Below, piece after piece: positions 22,539 to 34,294 of a DNA stretch of 45,793 nt; within the stretch, counting starts at the first letter, position 1, and every line of letters begins with the position of its first letter. Below the pieces are notes generated by a model that was not told the origin of the DNA, did not search any database, and was given only the letters and a program-made list of their open reading frames with translations. The stretch lies in the NCBI GenBank assembly GCA_010015585.1, contig ML975152.1; one strand, given 5' to 3'. A program made the position numbers and the translations under genes. Source of the stretch: Eremomyces bilateralis CBS 781.70 (taxonomy: Eukaryota).

Positions 22539-24292
22539 TTAAGACAATTGACTCCACGGTTTTTGCCTTTGCCGTGAGTTCCAGTGCAGTGTTCTCGATA
22601 TACTGTCGATCCAGTCCTCCTGTTTTCGGTCCAGGGGCAGGATGCTCGGGAAGGGATATCGAGACGCTGAAATAGTGACATAATCACCTGGATGTAACTC
22701 CACACTGTCTGCATATCAGTAACGAACATGATTTGCATGGAAACGGTGGTCCATACCGGTCTCTTCCATCAAAACTTGCCCATGAACCTGCTCTCGCATC
22801 AAACGGAACGGCAACCCTCAACACGATGGTATCGGGTAGAATGATGGGGCGAAATGAGAGAGTATGTGCGCAAATCGCGGTAAGTAATATCACGGGATTT
22901 TCAGGGTGACAGAGCGATCCACCCGCCGCGAGGTTATATGCCGTCGAGCCCGTCGGTGTCGCAACGCATACGCCGTCCGCCTGGACCGTCGTGAAGTGCT
23001 GGTCATCGCCAAAGACCTCGAGCGTCGACATGGTGGGATTCGGGCCGCGATCGATCACGACTTCGTTCAAGATATTATAGGAACCGGCGGGCCGGTGGGT
23101 GTGGTCGTCGTCGCTCTCCTCTCCGATGAGCTCCTCGACGATGTCCCTGGAACGCGGCAGTTGGCCCTGCTGCGAGCGCATGATGGTGGCCTCGAATCGA
23201 AGCCTTAGGCTCACGGTGATCCCTTCCACGAACGAGCGGGACAGCGTCGCCTGATAGGCATTGTAGTCGAATTTGGTGAGGAATCCCATCGATCCGCAAG
23301 CAAAGGCGAGAAGAGGAGGAACGATCTTTTGAAACAGCCAACTCGCATAGAGCACCGTGCCGTCTCCACCGAGCTGGTGATATGTTAACGGTTGCTTCTA
23401 TGATTAGCAAAGCATATTGAACATACGGCAATGACAATGTCAAATGTGTGTGGATATCGCGCACATAGCTCGCTGTTCCAGAACAGAAGTCGATCTTTAA
23501 CCGTCGGGTACTTGTTTAGCATACCCTTCAAATCAAACCTCTCGTCGTGCTCCAATGTGTCCTCCACATATCTGGACATTGTCCTGTCAGAACAAGGCAT
23601 TGGACTACACTGTGAGACTCACACTTTACAATCCGAGCCCTCTTTGATCAAGAGCCACTCCGCTATCTCTCTGACCGATTTGATGATATTTCCATCATTC
23701 GCCTTCGCCAGCAAGAAGATGTTCCGTACCTGGAGCTTCAGCTTGAGGGTGGATAGCCTTTTCGCCAATTCCCGTATTCCAAACGCCATATCCCTCAGCT
23801 CCTTCTTTGTAAGTAAACGTGAATGGACATGTTCGCGGCCCTCGACTGGTTCGGGACGCTTGTCTGTATGTTTGGTTAACGGCTTATTATCCGGTCTGAA
23901 ACCACTCGGGGAAGTGATACGCTGTTCCTCGATGATGGAATGGACAATGCAGTGGTGCGGTATATCATGGTCGAGGGCTTGATTATTGGACGGGACGAGG
24001 GAGGACTTTCGACGATGCTCGGCTTCTTCGTTGAAGACTACCTGCAATTCTCATTTAATATCTAGTGTGCTCACAAAGAAGTCAGAGCACTTACCTCCAA
24101 CGCTTCTTGGGCGTGTTGAGCATTAGTGGTGCTGATTGACCGGTGGTTGTTATCATTCTCCGCGAGGATGTTAGTTCGAACCAATGCCTCCCTCGAAAAT
24201 GGAAACTCACCTCTGGCATTTTGAAGACAGGCGATGGTGTGGCCAGCTATGTTCCAGGTATAGTCAAGTACCGTACTGCGTGGACCTTTCAA
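22539..24292 (-). CDS. NAD(+)/NADH kinase (Utr1/Yef1-like), multi-exon; 5' end not resolved
   Basis: [70 protein letters not shown]. Last exon [19 protein letters not shown]...[19 protein letters not shown]...*. Introns include 24094-24042 and 23622-23572. Start codon uncertain. Confidence 0.9.
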
Positions 24293-24677
24293 TCTGTTCC
24301 TACGAAAGGGATGCTTGGATGTGATTCTAGGAATTGGATAGCTCCGAGACTCTGTATTAGCCGATCAATATATCTGCTGTTGACCCCGCCTAATTACATC
24401 ATGCAATCCAAATGAGGTACTAGCGTTCGGCACCCATTTGTACATTCGGCATTATTTGATAGTCGTATTGCAATTGATGTGGACACAATTCTGCTTGTCA
24501 CATTTCGTCTCTCGGCATTAAAGTGAGACCAAAGATTGTAGCTGAGGCTCAAAGGCTTCAGCTGAGGTGCATAGAAGCAAGACGATATTCGCTCCTTTTG
24601 CCCCGATCACGCATCGGTAACCTGCCCATCAAGACAGCCACTTTCTGTCAAGTACCGCTGCAATATAAAGACTCCTC

Positions 24678-25757
24678 CTAAAGAGGAGGTTTGACGTTCT
24701 CGAGGACATCTTCGATCACACCTTCCACTGTGACACCATCCAGGAGCTTCCTGACCGCCTGAAGCGAACTTCCCCATTGAAGACTTCTTTCATCCTCGGG
24801 CTTCGTCACAGCGAGTCTATGCGCGTAGATTTTTCTCGCCGCCAGCACCACAATGGACGGAGTGACATAATTGACTCCATGGAGTGGTGCCATTACATTG
24901 ACAAGGCTGTGGAAATGCCGTGTTGCCAGTGCTGAGACGCCTCCACCTGCTGCTCTGTGCATGCGAAGATGGACCACAATATCATGAAGGTATCCTCTTA
25001 CTTCCGTGTTCATTTTGACCTGTGTTGAAAGTGTCTTCAACGATTCCAACTCGTCTACGCTGATGAATGCCCTCTGAGGCGGTGTCCTCTGGTGACTTGG
25101 AAGAGGGCCAGGTCTGACAGAGTCCCGTTGCGACACGCTTTCCTCGACTCCGTTGATGGTACGGTTGGATTTCGTCACATTGGGCGTATCATCCTCCGGG
25201 AGATGAGTGTGAGACATAAAGAAATGGTCATTCAACATCCCATTCAGGGTTTGCGTTGGCGGTGAAGTGACCAGTCCAACGACTATGAACCGTTTCGGAA
25301 CCGAGTATACCGCGTTGCGAGTAAACATTCGTTTACCTCTCATCAGCTCAAGGATCTGGATCTGAATCGCATGAGGGGCGAAATCGAGATTCTCAACAAC
25401 CACTGCATTTGCAATTCGTTTGCTGCCGAGTGCCAGATCGGCGGCAAGGCTGTCATCGTCTCCAGAACGGGTATCAATAAGCAAACTCTCGGCCAGATCC
25501 TCTAACGTCATGGTTTGATGACAATGCAAGCGTATAGTCTGCAGGCCGACAAGATTGAGGCATATCTGTCCATATTAGCTAATTGATTTCTGGGATACAA
25601 TGATACCGCATACCAGCTCGACTTCTTGTGCAATGAGGTCTTTTTGCGCCTTGTTACTTCGAATCAGGACATGCTGTCCAGCTATTAAACCCAGAAGCAC
25701 TGCCAATTCGAGGTCGCTCATTGTTCCAGCCTTTTCGGTTATACTTTCCGAAGCCAT
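24678..25757 (-). CDS. MoxR/Mg-chelatase-like AAA+ fold protein (MTC2-like), 2 exons
   Basis: Intron 25613-25566. LSDLEL-like start (MSDLELAVLLGLIAGQHVLI), ANAVVVENLD, QIQILELMRGKR, LNDHFFMSH, AAA-lid-like VRGYLHDIVVHLRMHR...YVTPSIVVLAARKIYAHRL, ERSLQWGS. Confidence 0.75.
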
Positions 25758-26450
25758 CGTGGTCAGGACTTCCGAAGGTATTGTCAGAGGGCCGGCTGAG
25801 CACTTTCAAAGGTACGAGTCCTTTTCTAGTCATATTCCGCCGAATTCTCGCGGAGCCAAGGTTGCATCATGGAGTGCTGAAAACATTAGGACGATCATGC
25901 CATAGCTTCCAACAGCTCTGGTGAGCGACTATGTAGACTCTGAATGAAGATCTGAAGAATACCTGTAGTTAATTAGGTGAGTTAAAGTCACTTGAAGATG
26001 GAGGAGGGGATTTGATATGAATTGATTGATTGATTGCTGCACACGTTCGGGCCAACTTTCATTCGGCCCACGTGGGGAGGATTTTTTTGCAACTCCAGAA
26101 ACGTACAGGGCAGCCTCCTTGCAGGCCTTGGCGTAGCCTATACGTATCCATTCTTAGTGATCGGTAATCCGCAGTATTGTTCCAACCGCTACCTAAATGT
26201 TTTCCAAATCGGTGCCATACAAGTTGCATCACGTGAACCAGAGTAACCTTCACGCATCGAGAAATACAGCAGAGCGGGTTGTTTTGGAAGGCGTGCGTCA
26301 ACCATACACAGCCCCTCCCTAGCCTTATCCGCATTTTCCCAGTCTACAACCACGTCCCCATCATGTTTCATTTGCTTCTTGACAAGAAACGATAGTTGAG
26401 TCTATCGAGAAACTCATTTGGTGGAACACTTCCCCGTTCAAGCAAAAACC

Positions 26451-28437
26451 AGGCGTCTATTGAAGCGCAATGGCAGTGGGGGACTGAGCCTGACAGACGA
26501 CCTGGTGGCGACGATATCCCTCGAAAATACGCCATCCTCTCGCATACATGGATACATGGTGAGGAGGTCACATTCGAAGAATTTAGAAAAGGGATGCGAA
26601 AGCACACAGTTGGGTATAAGACGATCGAGTTCTGTGGAGAGCAGACCGCTCGTGATGGCTTGGAGTACTTCTTGCTGCATCGATAAGTCAAACAGCACCG
26701 AGCTATCGAAGGCCATGATGCCTCGGAGACGGAGCACTTTGTTGCGCGAGAGACAGAGCTCAAGGAAATACACCAAACACTCAGTGGTGATGGTAGTCGT
26801 CGCATCGCTGTCCTTCACGGGTTGGGAGGAATCGGTAAGACACAACTGACGGTTGCATATGCGAAGCGTTATCGAGACAGCTACTCGGCAGTGCTCTGAC
26901 TCAACGCCAAAGATGAGGGTTCTCTTAAGCAGAGCTTTGGCAATGCAGCTAGGAGGATACTACAAGAACATCCGTCTGCTCAACGTCTCGGTGGTGTAGA
27001 TTTGAGAGGGAGCTTGGGGGAGGTGGTAGAGGCCGTCAAAGGGTGGTTGAGTCTCCCCAACAACACAAGATGGCTGGTCGTCTATGACAACTACGTCAAT
27101 CCAAAAGTAGCGGGCAACACGGATGCTGCGGCATTGGAAATTCGGAAGTATCTTCCCGAATCACATCAAGGATCGGTTATTATCACTACGCGATCGTCTC
27201 AGGTCACCATTGGCCATCGCACTCCAGTCCGAAAGCTGGAGAACGTGCAGGATTGCCTTGAAATACAATCGAATGCGTCAAGTCGCAAAGAATTGATAAG
27301 TGGTAGGAAATTTCTTAACATATAGGAATTATTCTAACTGAACCGACAGATCCCGACGCAGCTAAGCTTGTAAAAGAGTTAGACGGACTCCCTCTTGCAC
27401 TTGCAACATCTGGAGCATATCTCGAGCAAGTGACGACCAGTTTGGCGGAGTATCTTCGTTTATATACGGAATTATGGTTGAAGCTGCAAAAGAAAAGTCC
27501 TGAGCTCAGCTCATACGAAGGTCGACTCTACTCCACATGGGACATCTCCTATAAGCAGGTTCAACAACAGAACCGACTTTCGACCCGGCTCCTACAACTG
27601 TGGCCATATTTCGACAATCGGGATCTCTGGTTCGAACTTCTTCTCCACAGCGATATAGGTGATCCGGAGTGGGTTCGCGAGTTTACTGAAGACCGAGTAA
27701 ATTTCGACGGCGCAATTCGGGTGTTGTGCAACCACGGGCTTGTGGAAGCAGACTCGACTTCGCAGAAGAAGGTGGAGTCTCAAGGGTACCGCATGCACAG
27801 CTGTGTACACTCGTGGACTCTGCATATTCTAAATCCAGAGAGGAATAAGGAGATGGTGAGACTCGCACTGAAATGTATTGGGTTACATGTTCCTGAAACT
27901 TCAAGTGATCAGTCGTGGATTACGCAGCAACGGCTTCTGGCGCATGCGGCTGGCTATTCATCGATACGCAAATGGCGGGATGGAGTGGGCAGTACACAAC
28001 CTGGGCGACCTCTACTCTGACCAAGGAAAACTGAAGGAGGCAGAAGAGATGTACATACGAGCGCTGCAAGGATACGAGGAGGCACTTGGACCGAAGCACA
28101 CATCAACGCTCGACATGGTCAATAACCTGGGCCTATTCTACGCCGATCAAGGGAAACTGAAGAGGCAGAAAAGATGTACATACGAGCGCTGCAAGGATAC
28201 GAGGTACTGGACTCCGAGCCCCTTCCGAGACACCGACCAACCCTCAACACTATACGGAATCTCGGCGATCTCTTTACAGCCAATCAGGCGGGAATGATAT
28301 AGACTAACTTTTTGACAGAAGAGCTCGCAGACGATATGAGCAGGACAGGGGAAGCGGCCGAGATGGTAGATGAGAAGGATGCAAAGAGAAGACGTCGGTC
28401 ATTTGTGAGAAGATTTATGCATAAACTCGTAAGATGA
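26451..28437 (+). pseudogene. Degraded fungal NLR: HET domain - NB-ARC - TPR repeats
   Basis: HET-type start (x)RLLKRNGSGGLSLT...YAILSHTW...EEVTF...GYKTIEFCGEQTARDGLEYF..CCIDKSNSTELS; P-loop LHGLGGIGKTQL; WLVVYDN; GSVIITTR; LDGLPLALATSGAYL; YSTWDISY; MHSCVHSW; 126-bp TPR units at 27998 and 28124. Lesions: AGG where the ATG is expected (26451), several frameshifts, TGA at 26897-26899, internal deletions. Confidence 0.9.
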
Positions 28438-29195
28438 AGGCAGTTATAGTGATTCGACAAGAGATACCCCATTTAGCAATTGATGCATAGTTACTGTTTT
28501 TTATTCTCATTGGGATGGATTGTCAGGTGATGTTCATGATCGGATAGGGCAGCAATTTTGCAAAGGTTTAGAGGCTGAAACGATACCGTGGCGCACTGGT
28601 CACTAAGAATCGATACGTATAGCTTACGCCAAGTCCTGCAAAGACGCTTTGCTCTGGGAGTTTTTGGAGATGCAAAAACCGGAAGCCAATTTCGGATCCC
28701 ACTGTACGGACTACGGATAGCTCTTTAGAGTGAGAAATTAAGGGACTTCCTGCTTTGGAGCCGTCAGGCGTCAGGTACCATAATTAGGTGTCGCTCCTCA
28801 CAGCCCCCTGCTCCACTGTTCCTGCCAAGTGCCTGGACAACAAACTTTCCCATTATCACCTCCATTGTGTTGTCACGGCGTACCAATGACCAGCTGCACT
28901 CAGAATTTCCGGTTCGTCCACGCATACCCGTAGCACATATCATCCGTACACACATCTGTACACACGGCATTGTCGCTACTACAAAGGCGTGGACCAATCA
29001 CCCACTGACCTGTGGCCAAGTTTCAAGGGCCAATTGTCATTTCAATCCTATTCGGTTTTCCTTCGCTTTGCCTACCTCAATGCTCTTTGTCAGACCGAGA
29101 CGAGTCTGAATTGGCCTGATTCCCAGCCTGGGGGCTGACGACACAATCTATGTGGATATGGGAAGCTGAGAGAACTTTTCGTCAGGGAATTCAGG

Positions 29196-30921
29196 ATGTG
29201 GAGCGACGAGAAATTGGACGCTTTGGAAGCAAAGACGAGTGGCCTGACTACGGTGCTCGACCAATATCGAGAACTCCTCGACAATTACCGGCGTCTTAAA
29301 AGTGATTACGAGGAAGAGAAGGAATCCAGAGAGAAATACAAGCGGCTTGCCCGTGGACAAGAACGTAACCCATTTGTCTTGGTGCTCGTAGATGGAGACG
29401 GGTATCTTGTAAGTACATCCCTTCGCTGTTCAGCACTCCACCGATTTTGTTCATTGGAGACTCGGACTGACTCTGTTATTAGTTCAAACATGAGTTATTG
29501 AAGCTCGGTCACGATGGGGGCGTCACTGCCGCCCGACGCCTCTCAACCGCCATCGGAAAACAGGTAGTTCGCCTGGATAAGGATCTCGAGGATTGCCGCA
29601 TTATGGTCAGGATATATGCGAATCTACAAGGACTGTCGAGGGCTTGCTCTAGGAGCGGCCTCTGTGGCAATGAAGCCCGGGCACTATCACCCTTTGTAAC
29701 GGGATTTACCCGCTCGCAAGACCTGTTCGACTTCATCGATGCCGGAGAGAAGAAGGAAGGGGCTGATTACAAACTGCGAGAAATGTTTCGTCTCTTCGCG
29801 GAAAACGGCCAGTGTAAACACATATTCTGGGCTGGCTGTCATGATACCGGGTACCTATCGCTACTGACACCATACAAAAATCGGTCCGATAAGGTGACAC
29901 TTATCGGCTCTACTCTAGAACTCCCCGACTTTATGAGTCTGGGCCTACCCTTGATCGAACTTGATACTGTTTTCGAGCGCTCGACACTGGAAGCGTCAAA
30001 CGGAAGCACTTCAACGTTGGGATTGGACGGGCATCGAGGTTCATCTTTCGCCGCACCGACCAAGAGCAACGCAAGATCATCTTCAACCCAAGTTTGCCAG
30101 CATTTCTTAACGACAGTAAGTATTTTGTATTGCAGTTTGCCAGAAAATAGAGCAAATGATCTCCTGGAGGCTTTGCCGCATCATTTTGTTCGCCAAACTG
30201 ACATGATTTGCAGCCTGGATGTAAATTCGGCACTAAATGTCGATACGTCCATCTACTACGCGATGGGTCGGCCGCACGGCCTCAAGATGAGCCATACGCG
30301 CGACCGAAATCTCAAATGAAGTCTCAGTCAGAACCCTTTCCTCCAGCTGCGAGTCATAAATCGTCGGTATACCTTTCCAAGGAAGATACAGCTGGGTTAA
30401 CCGGCCCGCCCCTGGGACGTCCAATCCCCTTGAACAAGTCCGGCGAGCGACTCGACACTATTGTACCCAAACCGAGCAAAGAGGACGAAGCCGCGTATTG
30501 GCGGCGAGCGAAGGCGCACAAAGTTTGCAACAAGCATGTGCTAGCTAACTCCTGCCCCGATCCACACTGTCTGTACGACCATGGTCACGTCGATCCGGGC
30601 ATCGTGGATGTTATCAGGAGCTTGAATCGGAGATATCCTTGCCCTAGGCAGGGACGGTGTAGGCGTGCCGACTGCTTTCTCGGCCATATCTGCGTGAGAA
30701 TCGGTTGTCAAGGACGAAGCACGGGGTGTCGCTTGACCTACAATATGCATACCATGTCACCGACGGTACGCGAATGGGTTGCTGCGGAGGACGCTGAACT
30801 GGATTCATCTATCGGCGCGCAGGATGAGGGAGACCGCTCGGTCGGCTCTCCCGATTCCGACGATACAAACGGGGTGTCTACAAGGTTTGAGGATGAAAGG
30901 TTGCCGGAACTCATATTGTAA
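29196..30921 (+). CDS. Coiled-coil + NYN/PIN-like domain + CCCH zinc-finger protein, 3 exons
   Basis: Introns 29409-29482 and 30116-30213 join in frame. NPFVLVLVDGDGYL-F, RIYANLQGL, FDFIDAGEKKEGADYKL, CKHIFWAGCHDTGY. CCCH finger CQHFLTTPGCKFGTKCRYVH, plus tandem fingers CNKHVLANSCPDPHCLYDH and CPRQGRCRRADCFLGH. Confidence 0.85.
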
Positions 30922-31313
30922 GCAATCGAGAAGGTCATAGACTGGGAGGAAAGGCGACTAGAACCAGCTATCGGTGGTTTACTACAACTCGTTCTGTTTT
31001 ATGGACATAGTGGGATACAGTGTTATGCAGTACTCCATTAGAGCGAGAACAACCCACTTTAGGATCAAAGCAATATTACGGAGCCGTTTACGGAGCCGTT
31101 TCCGATAACGTCCGCTTGAGGTTTGCAAAATCGAATTCTGATTGGTCAAATGAGGTTCTGGAAACCTGCATCGGAGAGCATTCGGTGGCCATGCTGAGTG
31201 AGCGGCATGAACCCAGCATATCGCGCCTTCGCCACGGACCCATTTTCGCACCACCGCACACTTAGATTAAGCTAAACGCTTCCGTAAAGGAAGCATGGGC
31301 GTTGATATTCCTG

Positions 31314-32522
31314 ATGCTTCATCTTTTGCACAAAAAGTCCCTTGATTTCGTCGCTGCGAAAGGAGCCATCCGTCGCATTGTCTCCCGACTGCGCTTCACC
31401 ACTCGTCGGCATCGCTATTCGACGATTCACACCAATGCTGCAATGGACGCTCCTTACGCACATGAATTACACATCGCTGAATTGGCCGTCCATCAAGCGT
31501 CGTTGCTTACTAAAAGGGTTCTCCAAGCCGTAGACAAGGGCTCATTATCCAAGAGCGACAAAACGCCCGTGACGGTGGCCGATTTCGGTTCGCAAGCTCT
31601 CCTCATCAGTGCGTTGCACCATGCATTCCCCAACGATGGCTTCATCGGCGAGGAAGATTCATCGGCGCTCCGCAGCAACTCAGAATTGCGAGAACGAGTT
31701 TGGGATCTGGTCAAGAGCACGACGCTCGAAGGGGACGATGCGACCACGTTGCATCACCCGGGCTCGGCGGACGAGATGATGGAAATGATCGATCTGGGAG
31801 TGAACGCCGCGCCCGACAGTCGAAGAACATGGGTGATGGACCCAATCGATGGGACCGAGGCGTTCCTCCGCGGCGAGCAATATGCCGTGGCGTTGGCTCT
31901 GCTGGTCGACGGGGTGCAGAAGGTCGCGGTCTTGGGATGCCCAAATCTGGTCCTCGACGACGGGCGGTTCTCCGAGACCGTGACGGATCGTGCGGGATAT
32001 GGGTACCGTCTTTTTGCCGTCCAAGGACGCGGAGCGTTCATGCGCAAAATCAGCGATCGGAGTGACCCGGTGAAAGCCGTCAACCTCGCCGATCCGGAGG
32101 CAGATGCGTCAGTCAAGCGTCTGAGATTAAACCAAAATCTCCCGGTCCGGCCCAGATTCGTGGACTGGGAAGACAAGAGCATGGATGTGGTTCGCTGTCG
32201 AGCCGTGGCAAAGGAGCTGGACGGCACCTGGGTGCACACGTCCGCGTATGCGGCGCAACTAAAGTACGTGGTGATCGCGACCGGATGCGCCGATATCTTG
32301 ACGCGCTACTTCAAGAGCCGAGACCGCAAATCGTTCATCTACGACCATGCCGGTGGCATTCTCGTGGCTGAAGAGGCCGGTGCCGTGGTCACGGACTTGG
32401 ATGGAAAGAAGATTGATTTCACCACAGGACGGAGGCTTTCGGCGAACTATGGCTTTGCGGTTGCTGTGCCACTTTTACATGCAAAAGCAATAAGGGCTTT
32501 GAAAATTCAGTTCCAGGGGTGA
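31314..32522 (+). CDS. 3'(2'),5'-bisphosphate nucleotidase family (HAL2/MET22-like paralog); alternative start at 31443
   Basis: KSDKTPVTVADFGSQAL, FIGEED, WVMDPIDGT, GEQYAVALAL, LGCPNL, YDHAGGILVAEEAGAVVTDLDG. Single exon. Confidence 0.9.
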   Translation: MLHLLHKKSLDFVAAKGAIRRIVSRLRFTTRRHRYSTIHTNAAMDAPYAHELHIAELAVHQASLLTKRVLQAVDKGSLSKSDKTPVTVADFGSQALLISALHHAFPNDGFIGEEDSSALRSNSELRERVWDLVKSTTLEGDDATTLHHPGSADEMMEMIDLGVNAAPDSRRTWVMDPIDGTEAFLRGEQYAVALALLVDGVQKVAVLGCPNLVLDDGRFSETVTDRAGYGYRLFAVQGRGAFMRKISDRSDPVKAVNLADPEADASVKRLRLNQNLPVRPRFVDWEDKSMDVVRCRAVAKELDGTWVHTSAYAAQLKYVVIATGCADILTRYFKSRDRKSFIYDHAGGILVAEEAGAVVTDLDGKKIDFTTGRRLSANYGFAVAVPLLHAKAIRALKIQFQG

Positions 32523-32926
32523 AGGCGTCGATACCCGTACTTTCTGGCTTGTCAGAGTCGTCTCCTGAATGCGCAGCAATTCATACTGAGTGGAAGCTGG
32601 AATTGCAATCAGGGGAACTAGCCACAGGGTATTTGGCAATGAATTGGACTAGAGTGGCGTCTCCGGCGATTGAGAACACCGGTGCCACAATGGATCGATG
32701 GGTTTAGATAAGTCACTTATATGTGGAATGAGCGTACTCTTAGATGAGTTGTTAGAGTCTTAAGATAGTCATATCATAAACATCAGTAATACATTGAAGG
32801 TGCCACAGCAGATATCCATCCATAAGTGCCTTGAGTGTGAAATCCTCCCCCTAGATTCCTGGCGCCGAGTCCTGAATGACCAAAGAAACGCCCCAATTCC
32901 AGTCATATCGTCATCTTCTCCAATCG

Positions 32927-34294
32927 CTATACCCGCATATTGCAGTCACTTCTCCTCCTGGCTTCGCTAAGGACCTCATCAAATGTCCCGGTGACGAATG
33001 TCTTCAAAGCCGGAGAGAGATCCTGTCCTGGACCATTCAAAATCTCCATGAAGCGTTCGATCAGCTTTTCCAACCGCTTCAATTGGCTCAGGACCAGTTG
33101 CATCTTGATGCACTCCTCGTCTTGCTCATCGAGCGCGTAGCTGCCTAGTTTGACAGGTGTCCGCGTGGGACTCCGTCCTTGGCTGTGTAGTGAGCTCGAC
33201 CTGCATCGAGTGGTATCCGGGCAGTTGCAGGCCGCGGAAGGTGAAGCTTGGTGGGTTTGGGTGATGCACTTGTAGGAATTCAGGAGCTTGGTTATGATGA
33301 GTGCAACGAGGAGGCTCCCTTCAGGATCCTTTTGGCACAGACACTTTAGGATTGAGGTAAGAGAGTCGAGAGCTTGTCGGTTGGAGTCGAGGATGCTGTC
33401 AATGGTGCGGAAGCCGCCTGCGGAGGCAGGAATGCTGGAAGGATCGTGTAGACTGAACAAGATAGTGAGGGCCTGGCTCATGCAGTGTTGCGAGCTTTGC
33501 CCCGAGGGTTGGATCTTCTCTAGCATGGAGAGCTTGGTGAAATGTTGTTGAATGCCTTCGGAAAATTCCATATTGTTCGAGGGCTGTGAGCTACATGCTG
33601 AAGCAGGCGTTGAAAAGCCATCGCCAATGGCGAAAGTGCTGGCTTCCGAAGCAGAGAAGTCGGAGAATGCATCTGATAAGGAGAAGTCGCTGTCCATGCT
33701 AAGATCTGATTCTAGCATGGCAGGAGGCGCCATGGTCGGGTCGGCGGAGAGGAGAAGAGGATGCTCAGGGATAGGAAATTTGTATGACGAATGGGAGGAT
33801 GATGTTTCCGAAGGGGAAGGGGAGCTCGACTTGATATTGGCCTCATAGAAGTAGCTCTCGGCATTTGTAAAGTAGCCAGGCCTTGGGGTCTTGTCTTCAA
33901 GGTCACTCGAGGGAGTATCAGGGAGGACGCCAAGTTGGGCAGGGAGAACATTGAACAAAGATTGGCTTGCGTGATTGCTCCGGGCGCTCGCATCAGAGGC
34001 AATGGAGCTCGTGTGTGAGTGACCTGTAGTCGGAGCAGCGCTTGAAGGGGGGTGGTTATGGATTTGCTTCTTCTTCCCGGACCCTGCGGGCTTTCCTATC
34101 CGCCTTGATGGAGAGTAATTGCAAGCGATGCTCAGTTTCGAACACCTCGTGCACGCAGGTCTCTGCTGCCCACATTTGATCTTCGACTTGGAGCATGCAT
34201 CGCATGATGCCCGAGTCTTCTTGGGCTTGCCCGAAGCTGTGGTGGGCTTCCCGATGGTATTGGGAGCTTCAAAGATGAAGCCGCTTTGAAACAT
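32927..34294 (-). CDS. AflR-type Zn(II)2Cys6 transcription factor
   Basis: RASCDACSKSKIKCGQQRPACTRCSKLSIACNYSPSRRIGK cluster. C-terminal AflR-like region HCMSQALTILFSL...IDSILDSNRQALDSLTSILKCLC...VKLGSYALDEQDEECIKMQLVLSQL. Single exon. Confidence 0.88.
   Translation of the reverse strand: MFQSGFIFEAPNTIGKPTTASGKPKKTRASCDACSKSKIKCGQQRPACTRCSKLSIACNYSPSRRIGKPAGSGKKKQIHNHPPSSAAPTTGHSHTSSIASDASARSNHASQSLFNVLPAQLGVLPDTPSSDLEDKTPRPGYFTNAESYFYEANIKSSSPSPSETSSSHSSYKFPIPEHPLLLSADPTMAPPAMLESDLSMDSDFSLSDAFSDFSASEASTFAIGDGFSTPASACSSQPSNNMEFSEGIQQHFTKLSMLEKIQPSGQSSQHCMSQALTILFSLHDPSSIPASAGGFRTIDSILDSNRQALDSLTSILKCLCQKDPEGSLLVALIITKLLNSYKCITQTHQASPSAACNCPDTTRCRSSSLHSQGRSPTRTPVKLGSYALDEQDEECIKMQLVLSQLKRLEKLIERFMEILNGPGQDLSPALKTFVTGTFDEVLSEARRRSDCNMRV

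Noticed and set aside
31077..31104. 12-bp duplication TACGGAGCCGTT
   Set aside because: Simple two-copy slippage with no further structure.
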